64,000 bases of DNA from positions 1 through 64,000 of the IMG/VR virus record IMGVR_UViG_3300036860_000131. One strand, written 5' to 3'. The notes beneath the pieces were generated by a model, which was given only the letters and a program-made list of their open reading frames with translations, searched no databases and was not told where the DNA came from. Shown piece after piece: positions 32,939 through 42,100 of this stretch (positions are counted from its first letter, which is position 1; every line of letters starts with the position of its first letter). Origin of the DNA: a virus. The translations under genes were made by a program, and so were the position numbers.

Positions 32939-33662
32939 GTGTTTTCCTTTACTGAACACATATTTCGATGTAGGATTGATTTTGGCCAATCACAAACGAG
33001 TTATTGGACTGACCCCTGCGGAATGGACGGAGCTTTACGTCGCTAAGGGTATAACCGCGAAGGCTCTCGCGGCGCGATTCGAGACAACGCCGGAGATCAT
33101 TAAACGTCACTTGCAGGAGGCTGGGTTGCAGATCCGCGGGCGCGGCGGGCGGAATGAGGCGCATGCGTTTTTGCATAGACACGAGGATCTGATTCGCCGA
33201 ATGCTGGACGCGGGGAAGCGCTGCCCGGCGATCGCTGCGAAGATCGGCTGTTGCACGTCGGCGGTGCACTTCAAGGCTGCGAAGATGGGTTACATACTGC
33301 CGAGAGGTAATCCGGCGAATCTCAGATTTACGCGGAACCAAGGCTCGATAACCAAGGGGATTGAGACGCGCCGGGCGAAAGGTTATTTCTCCGACCCTCG
33401 CAAGAACTCGAACTGGCGAGGCGGGGTTTCTCCTCAGGCGGCGTACGGTTTCGGATTCACAAGAGAATTGAAGGCGCAAATCCGAAAGAGGGATAATCAG
33501 CGCTGCCGCATTTGCGGTACCACCAAGAACCGGGCGAGGAATGGCGGACTTCTTGACGTTCATCACCGTGACCGCAACAAATTGAACAATGACCCTTCCA
33601 ACCTTATAACTCTTTGCCGCTCTTGCCACACCAGCATCGATCAACGTAAGGCCACGCTGTAA
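32937..33662 (+). CDS. HNH homing-endonuclease-like protein on the opposite strand to the late operon
   Basis: CRICG...LDVHHRDRNKLNNDPSNLITLCRSCH is an HNH core, with HTH-like N-terminal repeats and lower GC. The true start may be an internal TTG. Confidence 0.7.
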   Translation: MCFPLLNTYFDVGLILANHKRVIGLTPAEWTELYVAKGITAKALAARFETTPEIIKRHLQEAGLQIRGRGGRNEAHAFLHRHEDLIRRMLDAGKRCPAIAAKIGCCTSAVHFKAAKMGYILPRGNPANLRFTRNQGSITKGIETRRAKGYFSDPRKNSNWRGGVSPQAAYGFGFTRELKAQIRKRDNQRCRICGTTKNRARNGGLLDVHHRDRNKLNNDPSNLITLCRSCHTSIDQRKATL

Positions 33663-33672
33663 ACTATTGATT

Positions 33673-34293
33673 CTAAAAGAGTTCGAGGGCCACTCCGATA
33701 TCAAATAAATTCTTAGCGCCCGCGCTCTCGCCGCGGGCGCTCATCGCGAAGTACCAAGTGTGATCGGTCGCGCTCGACTTCTCGCCGAGGTCCAGACGCT
33801 CACCGGAGTTATTCCCGCCGATGTTCGCCGAATCATCGTTCACCTGCGTCCACGCCGTCGCTGTGACGCCACGCTCGAAGAGGTGCGCCTCAATGGCGAC
33901 GGCTTCGTTTGTGGTGACCGAGCCGTCGAACGTGTACGCGAAACTGTTCTGCGTTGCGACGGCGCTCCCGTTGACCAAGTGAAAACGGAAAGTGCACTCG
34001 CCTTCCGTCAGGTTCGTATCGTTGAGGTTCTCCGTGCCGCCGCTGTTGATCTGGCAGGTTCCGGACGCGACGAATTTGACGTTGTTGTTGTGGCTCGCGT
34101 TCGGGCCGGTGTCGCATGCGTCCGTGCCTGGATCATCAGTGCCGATATGGGTGCCTTCATTCCACGCGGTTGTCGAGATAGTGGTGGTCAGATCAGTCTG
34201 CGAGCCGCTGAAGACGATGGTGTTGGCCCCGATGTCCGTCCACGACGGCGAGCCGGTCGTATTGTTGTTGAATTCAAATGTTGTCGTGGCCAT
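33673..34293 (-). CDS. Thr/Asn/Ser-rich hypothetical structural protein
   Basis: MATTTFEFNNNTTGSPSW... with beta-rich composition. Confidence 0.55.
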   Translation of the reverse strand: MATTTFEFNNNTTGSPSWTDIGANTIVFSGSQTDLTTTISTTAWNEGTHIGTDDPGTDACDTGPNASHNNNVKFVASGTCQINSGGTENLNDTNLTEGECTFRFHLVNGSAVATQNSFAYTFDGSVTTNEAVAIEAHLFERGVTATAWTQVNDDSANIGGNNSGERLDLGEKSSATDHTWYFAMSARGESAGAKNLFDIGVALELF

Positions 34294-34310
34294 AGGGCCT
34301 CCTTAGAGAT

Positions 34311-34526
34311 TTATCGAGTTCCTGAATCAGTCCGCAGAGCGATGGTGAGGTTTCCAGGTCCGAGCGTGCTTTGCATCGATGTAAAGGCAGCAGGTCCGAC
34401 CATCTCGATGTCGCGGCGCACCGCGCTCCATTTCTCTTCCCATTTGCGGCGCTCAGCGCGCAGCCGACGCTGACAAGCCCGCTGCCGGCATAGGCGGCAC
34501 GTCCGGCACTGGCATACTGGAGCCAT
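34311..34526 (-). CDS. possible small Cys/Arg-rich protein
   Basis: ORF MAPVCQCRTCRLCRQRAC... with no clear Shine-Dalgarno sequence. May be non-coding. Confidence 0.25.
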   Translation of the reverse strand: MAPVCQCRTCRLCRQRACQRRLRAERRKWEEKWSAVRRDIEMVGPAAFTSMQSTLGPGNLTIALRTDSGTR

Positions 34527-34593
34527 GGAAATGGCGCGCTCCCCGAGTGGTGGTTCCAGTTGGGGAGCGCGGAAACTTCAGGCAACCCGCGCC

Positions 34594-34896
34594 CTATACA
34601 ACAGGCGGAGGTAGCGGATTCTCGGGGTCTTGCCCCATCAGGTTGAGTTTGTCGATCTCAGCCTGGAACGCCGCCTTCTCTTCCGCTGACAGGCCGCTCT
34701 TGTCGACCAAGCGCTGGATGCGCGCCGCGACCTTGTCGGTTGCGGAATCGAATCCTAAAATCAGTTCTGCTACTTCTGGACTTACTGGCATTGCTTTCTC
34801 CTCTTCTGTGAGTTCTGAAATTTCAAGGGCCTGATTTACATGCAGCAGGCGCCGTTGAATCTTGTGAGCCACCCTGAGTGCTTCGAGCATTGTCAT
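34594..34896 (-). CDS. hypothetical helical protein (100 aa)
   Basis: ATG at 34896 preceded by GGAGGAG. Confidence 0.5.
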   Translation of the reverse strand: MTMLEALRVAHKIQRRLLHVNQALEISELTEEEKAMPVSPEVAELILGFDSATDKVAARIQRLVDKSGLSAEEKAAFQAEIDKLNLMGQDPENPLPPPVV

Positions 34897-34913
34897 CGCG
34901 CACTCCTCCATTT

Positions 34914-35789
34914 CTATCTCGACAAATAAGCCCGCACGTCTGTGCCAGCAAGCCAAACCGAGGGCTGCTGACCTCCGGTCGGAACGCCGATTACCGGCGC
35001 CGGCCCTGCGTCCCACGTCCACAGAGGCAAGGCGTCGGTTGGGAAGCTGGTGACTCCAGATTGCACAAAGCACGGATCCGCGCAGCTCAGATTCAGCCCG
35101 GTATGACCAACCGTTAGGATGCCGCCCGCCGCGACGTAGACAAAGGCCCTGCCCTGCCCGCCGCTAAGCTGGAGAGGTAGCGGGAAGCTGGCCGCAGAGA
35201 ACTGATAGACCGTCTTGCCAATGCGCACGTTGCAGGGATTCGCGCATTCGAACACCAGCGTTTTCGGTGCGGTCTGCCGCATGCCCAGGATGTTCATCCC
35301 CTGGATGGGATCCGTAGGGGCATTGCCGCCGGGCGAACCCTGAATGCCTTGTGGGCCTTGCGGACCCGGCGGTCCCGCTGGTCCGGGCGGCCCTTGCGGA
35401 CCTGCGGGTCCTGGGATACCGCCGCCCGAGGTACAGGCCCGATAGATGTAATCCTGTGGTGGCTCCCAGCCATTTCGTCGCGTCCACAGACGGACGAACA
35501 ATGCCCGGCCATCGCACGGCAATCCAGCAACGGTCTTCGATGTGCCCGTGAGCACGCCACAGCTTCCATTGTTCGGTGGACAGGCCGGGTAGATGTCGCC
35601 CTGCCCGCTTGAGTTGCCCACGTCGAGCCAGTAGCCGTTCGCGCCAGTGGCTGCGGGCCATGTGAACGTTGCGGTTGGCGGTAGCGTGGAGCCGGGCACG
35701 GGGCTGGTGATCTTCGCCACCGGCTCCGCAGCCGCTACAAGCGCCACGAATGCGAGCATGGCCATGCCCTTCATTGCGTTAAAACTCAT
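34914..35789 (-). CDS. collagen-like triple-helix-repeat protein with a signal-peptide-like N-terminus
   Basis: N-terminus MKGMAMLAFVALVAAA. GIPGPAGPQGPPGPAGPPGPQGPQGIQGSPGG gives about 10 G-X-Y triplets. Confidence 0.7.
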   Translation of the reverse strand: MSFNAMKGMAMLAFVALVAAAEPVAKITSPVPGSTLPPTATFTWPAATGANGYWLDVGNSSGQGDIYPACPPNNGSCGVLTGTSKTVAGLPCDGRALFVRLWTRRNGWEPPQDYIYRACTSGGGIPGPAGPQGPPGPAGPPGPQGPQGIQGSPGGNAPTDPIQGMNILGMRQTAPKTLVFECANPCNVRIGKTVYQFSAASFPLPLQLSGGQGRAFVYVAAGGILTVGHTGLNLSCADPCFVQSGVTSFPTDALPLWTWDAGPAPVIGVPTGGQQPSVWLAGTDVRAYLSR

Positions 35790-35846
35790 TCACTTACGGT
35801 TACCCGCTGGAACGTTTCGCGCGATTCGCCGTATACTGCCAGTAGG

Positions 35847-35957
35847 ATGAACATGCTGCTGATCATCGCCGCGTTTGCCTGCCTGGTGCTCGCTCAGGCT
35901 CGGCGCATCCGCCGACTGCGGCGCTCGGTGATGCTGCGGGACAGGATGGCGGAGTGA
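35847..35957 (+). CDS. 36-aa single-pass membrane micro-protein
   Basis: MNMLLIIAAFACLVLAQARRIRRLRR... A TATACT hexamer lies 9 nt upstream. GTGA overlap with the next plus-strand ORF. Confidence 0.3.
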   Translation: MNMLLIIAAFACLVLAQARRIRRLRRSVMLRDRMAE

Positions 35958-36172
35958 GCGCATTCGTTCCCAGAAACTATCGGCACCGCAAGCCATCTCC
36001 GGTGTGGCTCGCGGCGCTAGAATGCGGCGCGCTTCTGTGGTGGGTTCCATTAGCCATCGTCACACCCTTTGTCCGTGGTTGGCCTGACGGGACGCCTTGG
36101 ATGGTCGTGTGTGTTCTCTCAGGCTCACTGATGGCCGCCCTCTTTTTCTGGCTCTTAAAAAAAGCGGAATAA
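35954..36172 (+). CDS. two-helix membrane protein (72 aa)
   Basis: Hydrophobic helices VWLAALECGALLWWVPLAIV and WMVVCVLSGSLMAALFFWLL. Confidence 0.45.
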   Translation: MSAFVPRNYRHRKPSPVWLAALECGALLWWVPLAIVTPFVRGWPDGTPWMVVCVLSGSLMAALFFWLLKKAE

Positions 36173-36173
36173 G

Positions 36174-36374
36174 TCAAACTCCGTGCAGGTACCCGGCCAG
36201 CCCCTTGCCGAATAGAAGCGCCAGGACGAGATTCAAAAGCATCAGCGCGAGCACCACGATCACGGCAATCCGAATAAACTTCACAATCGTCGCATCGGCT
36301 GGAAACTGAGCAAGCACCCATAGTCCAATGGCCGCGACGACCGCGACTACGATGAACTGAATGAGCAATGGCAT
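36174..36374 (-). CDS. two-helix membrane protein (66 aa), holin-like size
   Basis: Hydrophobic helices LLIQFIVVAVVAAIGLWVLAQF and IRIAVIVVLALMLLNLVLALLF. Confidence 0.5.
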   Translation of the reverse strand: MPLLIQFIVVAVVAAIGLWVLAQFPADATIVKFIRIAVIVVLALMLLNLVLALLFGKGLAGYLHGV

Positions 36375-36377
36375 ATC

Positions 36378-36839
36378 TTACCTCCCTCTGTATTCGTCGG
36401 TCGGTTTCTTTCCAACTCCCCCGATGGCCGCGTGATTAGTCCGTGAGAAATAAAATCCGACTACCAGGAAAAGGGCATTGCTCAACATCGGCGGAACCTC
36501 AGACTTGCCGCCACTGAGCCCTACCTGTACGCCAACGAGGAGATTCGACACGACGACCAGGAGCGCGATGATGGCCTGAGTGTACTCCCAGATCAGATTA
36601 ATTTTCCGCTGCCCATGCGTTACCAGGGCCGTTTCCGCTTCTTGCGCTGGCGACGCTGGATGATGTTCCCCTCCGTTTCCGCCGGAAAATACATTGGCCA
36701 CGATGATCCCGAGTACCACCATGTAAGCGGCGCTGAACAGCGAGTCCAGCGGCGACAAAAAGGTCGGTAGCAATATCCAGGCGGCTATTCCGAATGCGGC
36801 ACAGAGGCACAGTGTTATTGTTTTTGCTCTTGCGGTCAC
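36378..36839 (-). CDS. four-helix membrane protein (153 aa)
   Basis: Four hydrophobic segments read in the translation. Confidence 0.55.
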   Translation of the reverse strand: MTARAKTITLCLCAAFGIAAWILLPTFLSPLDSLFSAAYMVVLGIIVANVFSGGNGGEHHPASPAQEAETALVTHGQRKINLIWEYTQAIIALLVVVSNLLVGVQVGLSGGKSEVPPMLSNALFLVVGFYFSRTNHAAIGGVGKKPTDEYRGR

Positions 36840-37159
36840 GCTTTGGGTGGCTCCTCTACCGGCGGCGCTTGGGTGGTTGGAACTACAATGATTTGGGCAG
36901 GCGGCACTGGCTCCGCGGTCGCCTTCTCCGCCATCTTCTCTACGATTGCCTCAGCGGTGACCGTTCTCCGCTCTTCCTGCTTAGCTAACGAGCGACCCTG
37001 CATATCTAGGCTTTGCGCCCGGATTCCGAATACCTGAGAAGCGGCCATCATGATGAGCATCGCCCAATGACTGTACGGCTCTGGGATCAATCCGGCCGAG
37101 ATTGCCATCGTGGCCACAAGGAAAACAAACTGAATCACGAGATGGATAGAGAAGGTCAT
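36836..37159 (-). CDS. two-helix membrane protein with a charged/Pro-rich tail (107 aa)
   Basis: The internal ATG at 37159 abuts the upstream stop. Contains FSIHLVIQFVFLVATMAISAGLI. Confidence 0.5.
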   Translation of the reverse strand: MTFSIHLVIQFVFLVATMAISAGLIPEPYSHWAMLIMMAASQVFGIRAQSLDMQGRSLAKQEERRTVTAEAIVEKMAEKATAEPVPPAQIIVVPTTQAPPVEEPPKA

Positions 37160-38487
37160 CAGCCAGCCTTCCGCGTATAGAATCCGCCGAGGTGAGAGAA
37201 GTTGCGCACGGCGGCGATAAGTCCGATGAAACAAGCGGTAGCCTGAAAACCAGCGTCCTCAACCTCCGGCACACCGAGTGTGTAACTCCCACTCACCGCA
37301 AACCCGTGCTCATTCGCCGCGCTCGGAATCAGACCGATCGGTAGGAACGCGAAGCCCGGCGTGCTCGCGGATGCCTCTCCGGGCTCCGGTAGCACCGGGT
37401 GCAGCCCATAATTAAAGAATCGAATGTCGTTCGCGTCGATCAGCGTCCGCGTGTCTGGGTCCACGTTGCGATACAGCACGTCGCCGAACGGGTCAATCGA
37501 GTGGTCCTGGCCAGGCACGCCTACGCCGTTGTGCCAAACCATGCGAAGGTTTCCATCCGCGCCGATTACTGTTCCGGTGCCTACCACAGTTCCACCGGCA
37601 GGCGTGTTGCCCGGATCGAACGCAATTGCCAGCGGAGCCGGCCAAGTTGGAGTCTGCTCCTCGGCGTTGGCTATCAGGATGGCCGGGCGCCTTGAGTTTG
37701 TCGACGATGTCGCATAGTACCAGCCGAAACCGAATACGATCGCCGCGGCGGCTGCCCAGTAAACGGGAATGTGGAGGCGCATCGGTGCGAACGAAGGCGT
37801 CGGAGTGTAGATCGTCTGCTCGGAGCCGAGCGTGGTCAGATCTGACAAATTGAGAGCACGATGATAGACACTCTTGGCTCCTGTAAAGCCGACATTCCGC
37901 ACATAGCCGAAGTGAGCGTAGGTCGGATCAAGTAACACTCGGCCGTAGGTGTCGCCGAGATGCGCACCAGAAGAGATGACGTTACCAGAAGACGTGAAGG
38001 CTCCGGAATCGTAAATTCCCCACATGAAAGCGGTGGTTGAGCCTGACGGCACACCGTAGTAAGTGAAGATATATTTCCCCGACTCGATGGTCGCGGCGTG
38101 CGAAATCACCGAGGCGGTCGGCCCACCAGCAATGGCGGTGCTCCAGGTGTCCGTCGCCATGTCGAAGGCAACTTGCAGGACGTCACCTGTTGAATTGCCA
38201 GGCGTATCCTGATAGAAGAAAACGAGCAGTGAGCCGTCCTGCGTGCAGGCCCAGATGGAAACCCCGGATGGCCGACTCGCAACATCCTGGGCGGCCCAGG
38301 TGAGTCCGCCGTCAATGGATTTGTAGACCGTTAATTCAGCATCGAATGGCGGCGTCTCATCGCCCTCCTGCTGGCCATGGGTCGTGAGATAGAGCGCTCC
38401 GCCGTATTCGACGAGTTCTCCGCCCTTCGTGAGCGCCTCGACAGGGTTCAGAACACGATCGACGAAAATGACGCTGGTATCGGACAT
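37159..38487 (-). CDS. BNR/Asp-box beta-propeller-like protein (442 aa)
   Basis: YKSIDGGLTWAA is an Asp-box (S-x-D-x-G-x-T-W). Repeated beta-strand pattern, plus an internal hydrophobic stretch VYWAAAAAIVFGFGWYY. Confidence 0.55.
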   Translation of the reverse strand: MSDTSVIFVDRVLNPVEALTKGGELVEYGGALYLTTHGQQEGDETPPFDAELTVYKSIDGGLTWAAQDVASRPSGVSIWACTQDGSLLVFFYQDTPGNSTGDVLQVAFDMATDTWSTAIAGGPTASVISHAATIESGKYIFTYYGVPSGSTTAFMWGIYDSGAFTSSGNVISSGAHLGDTYGRVLLDPTYAHFGYVRNVGFTGAKSVYHRALNLSDLTTLGSEQTIYTPTPSFAPMRLHIPVYWAAAAAIVFGFGWYYATSSTNSRRPAILIANAEEQTPTWPAPLAIAFDPGNTPAGGTVVGTGTVIGADGNLRMVWHNGVGVPGQDHSIDPFGDVLYRNVDPDTRTLIDANDIRFFNYGLHPVLPEPGEASASTPGFAFLPIGLIPSAANEHGFAVSGSYTLGVPEVEDAGFQATACFIGLIAAVRNFSHLGGFYTRKAG

Positions 38488-38948
38488 TATCCCCGCACCA
38501 GCTCGCCAAGAATTTCCACCGTTACATCCTCGCCGGGTGAGTCCGCACAGACTGACGCCACGTCGACGCGGAACACGCTACCGGAAACGAAATCATTCGC
38601 GTCAAAGGCAGTCGTCACGGCCGGAGGCTCATACTCGCCAGCCACCAGCGTCAACGCTCCGCCGCTTGGGAAGATACTCGCCCACGTCCTGGAACCGGAA
38701 GCCGTGCCGCGGGCGTCACTTGAGTACTGGACATCCACCACTGTTGCCCCGCTGCCAGCCGGCGCCGTTCCCTTGACGATCAGGTCCGCCATCCGCAAGT
38801 GGAGCACGAAGCCGGCCGGGATCGCGTTCTTGATCCACAGCGTTTGATCGTCACCAACGGCCAGCGCACCCTCCAGCCCGAAGGTCAGCACGAGCGCGCT
38901 CAGCCCGCGCCGGCCACCGATCAGGAGTGTTTTGGTTGGCTGTGGCAT
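38487..38948 (-). CDS. hypothetical tail/fibre-region protein
   Basis: ORF only. Confidence 0.5.
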   Translation of the reverse strand: MPQPTKTLLIGGRRGLSALVLTFGLEGALAVGDDQTLWIKNAIPAGFVLHLRMADLIVKGTAPAGSGATVVDVQYSSDARGTASGSRTWASIFPSGGALTLVAGEYEPPAVTTAFDANDFVSGSVFRVDVASVCADSPGEDVTVEILGELVRG

Positions 38949-38951
38949 TGC

Positions 38952-39173
38952 TCACCGAGAACAATCTGCGGGGCGCGACAGCCTTTGTGCGGTCGTCATC
39001 GGTGCGGGTAAAAATAGACGACCCTCCTCATTATCCAGGATCATCCTGTCGATTTGACATTTCGCGCAGGGGCACTTTTCCAGTCCGAGAGATAACCATT
39101 TGCACCCACCGCGAACGTCGAGAAGGTCCCTTGCCTGCCTCACGGCGTGAATTTGCCGCCTAGTCCATTTCAT
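38952..39173 (-). CDS. hypothetical small protein (73 aa)
   Basis: ORF with ATGA coupling to the 1536-aa gene. Contains CPCAKC. Confidence 0.45.
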   Translation of the reverse strand: MKWTRRQIHAVRQARDLLDVRGGCKWLSLGLEKCPCAKCQIDRMILDNEEGRLFLPAPMTTAQRLSRPADCSR

Positions 39174-42100
39174 CGCAGCAATACCACCACGCCCGTCGAT
39201 CCGCCTTCATTCTCAGCGTCTACCGTGACGCGGTCGCCCTCAGCGACTGGGTCCATGGCGAACCCGTGCACATGGTTAGATTTGCTCTCATCGGCCGGCA
39301 AGAATAGGTCGAACCAGTCGCCATCGTTCCGGCGCACCCGGATGGTCAGGACGCCATCAGAGGCCGGCTGGATTGCCCCGCCGTAGGGAGTCTGGAGTGC
39401 CAGTTCGTCCTCCGGGAATTCATCGCTTGCCGAAAGTTCCCCATTCGCCACGCCAGCCACGAGGTAGGCAACCGGGTTCGGCGCTTGCACACTGGCGGGG
39501 TCGTAGCCGTCCGCGAGGGCATAGATTTCGACGGTATCGACGCGCGGATCCGTTGAGGCCGGGATGCCGGAGATCTCGATGCGCGTGGCATCGCCTGTCG
39601 GGCCCGTGGATGGCGACAGCGGGGAAAGCTCGCTCCGGAAGCCAGTCCCGGACCAGGCGATCGCGTACCGGCGGCCGATTCTAACGCCAAGTTGCGATGC
39701 GAATCCACCGGTCGTGGCAGTGAGCGGTCCGTTCGTCTCGCTGACCAGTTGCCCGCCAGTTCCAATACGATCATAAATCAGTACTTTGTTGACCGCCGGG
39801 CTGCCGCCTTCATTCAGCGCTTCAGCGATGAAATAGGATGCAAACGCCGGGTCAGCATTCAGCCAATCCGCGATACTCAAGGCCACCAGATCGAGCTGGA
39901 AATCGCCGAGGCTGTCCTGGGCCTCCGGGTGGTCAAACGCCACCCAGGCGGGGAATATCATGCTGACCGCGCCGTGGTCGGATGTCGTCACCGGCGCATC
40001 CTTGATGGCAGAGACGCGCAGGGAAAGCACTACCGTGGCGTCGCATGTGCCGCTAAGTATAATGCTCCCTTTAGTTTGAAGCACCGTCGTGGCAACCGAG
40101 GATATGGCCGGTGGCGTCGGGATAACGCCAGTCGTCCGCAAGGCATACGCTTCGGCGAAGGTCTGCTGCTCAGTTAGGAGCGAATCCCCAATGTCTGCCG
40201 ATGAGCCGCCGGCAACGTCCGTGAGCAGGAACTGCAACGTCTGCTCCCCAAGAGTGCGGATGCGATGGGGCCAGGCTGTGTCACGTGCGCGGATAGGAGC
40301 CATCTCGCGCGTTGTCAGGGCGTACAGGTCCACCGGTAGGCTTCGAAGGCCGCGGTTGCTCTCCAGAACGCCACGTACTAGCACCACGCCGGCGGAAGGT
40401 AGGTCCACAAGTTGCTCGAACCGCGCCTGGTTCTGAGAACGGAAGAAGCCCGGAGCGAACTCGATCTTTTCGCGACGGACGCGGACCTTCCACAGGCGGA
40501 CGTCCTGGTAGATCGCCTCTCCAACGTCACCGGTCGGCAACGGAGTATTGACGATCAGCTCGCCCGTCGCGATGTCGTAGAAGTTCACCTGTTGCTGGTC
40601 AAACGGCGGCAGCGTCGTATCGTTCACCACCACCGCGGCGCCGGGCCGGAGCTTGAGGCCGGTCTCAACCGTCAGCAAGTTCGGGAAATCGGCATCCTTT
40701 GCCAGGATCGTAGCATTCACGCGCATGTGCGGCCGCGCCTCCGTACCCAGCACGCCGCGGCGAACCTCGACCGTCCCGAAGTTCGACATCGCACTCTCGG
40801 GCGTGACGCGCACCACTTCCATTAGTTCTGCGTCGGCCGCCAGCCACTCGCCCTCGACCGGAGGCATCCCGGAGTAGGTGAACGTCGTCGCTTCTTTCGT
40901 ACAGTCCCCGACGATGGTGCCGTACCTGTTCGTACTCTCGTCGGCGTAGTAGATATCGAAGTAGCCCGTTCGCACGCCGTTCGAGCCGCGGCCCACGGCG
41001 AAGCGATCGAGCTTCAGCCGGCCGTCCTGCTCGGTGCTTGCCCGGAACCGCCATGCTGCCGGCCGGAGGTCTTCCGTCGGGATCGGGTCGGCGAAAACAT
41101 CCGCCGGCTTCGGGCCCACGATGAGATCGTAGATTTCGTTGTGAGTGGAACGGCCCTCGATATCGACCGAGAAATCCTGGTTTAGCCGCCACCGGAGGCA
41201 CCGGAACTCCAGGTATTGGTCGCGGGCGATTTGCGGGTCAACCGAACCGGGGAGTGTTGCCGGGTAGGTCGGGAGATCGATGTTCTCCAAGCTGCAGACC
41301 ATGCCGGGCTCGGTGTTGAGCGCCAGAATGGTCGTCTTGAATCGAATGGTGCGGGCGTATTTCCAGGTTTCCGGCTGAATGCCTCCAAGCTCCTCACGGA
41401 GCCGCGTGGCCACTAGGCGCGCGCATTGGCTCTTTGTCGAAACGCCGGGATAAGCAATGGTGCTCTTCTGAAACTGCGGCGCGCCGGCGCGGCCAACCAT
41501 CACCGCGTGGTCGATATCATAGACCTCGACGGTATTGCCGGCGAACCCATACTCCTCATCCGCGAACGTGCCGGTCAGGTGGTTGAAACTCGGCTTGAGT
41601 GGGGCAAAGCTGAGAGAGCGCCAGAGGGTATTCCCGTCGCTGAAAGCCGCCCGCACCGAGGAATTGACGCGGATTCCGAAACGGATCTTGCCGAAAGCGA
41701 AGGTGTAATAGCCAAGGCAGCAATTCAGAACTTCCTGCAACCAATCGCGCAGCGGCTTCTGCTCAGCCAGCAGACCGTTAAACGTGAACTGCGTTTCGGT
41801 CGTACTTGCCTCACTTCCGATAAGCCGAGTGACTTCCTGATCGCAGACAGCAGCAGCGATCTTCGCCGACTCAATGTCGAGTAGCGCCTCTTGCGTGGCA
41901 GCGTCCGCGAGATGAACGCGCATGGCGCGAAGGATCAGGTTGACGGCGATCCAGATCGGGTTATACAAACCCGGCATCCATTCGCGGCCGCTCTCGGTCC
42001 AGATCCACCCGCCTAGGCCCTGGCGGATGGAGATGACCATGTTGTGCTCTTGGAGGTTGGACGGCTGTAAACCTTTCGCATCGGAGCGCCGGATCTCAGC

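Noticed and set aside
35164-35661. 165-aa and 91-aa minus-strand ORFs plus plus-strand ORFs within the collagen-like gene
   Set aside because: They are alternate frames of the G-X-Y and GC-rich region. The in-frame collagen-like protein with its signal sequence explains the locus.
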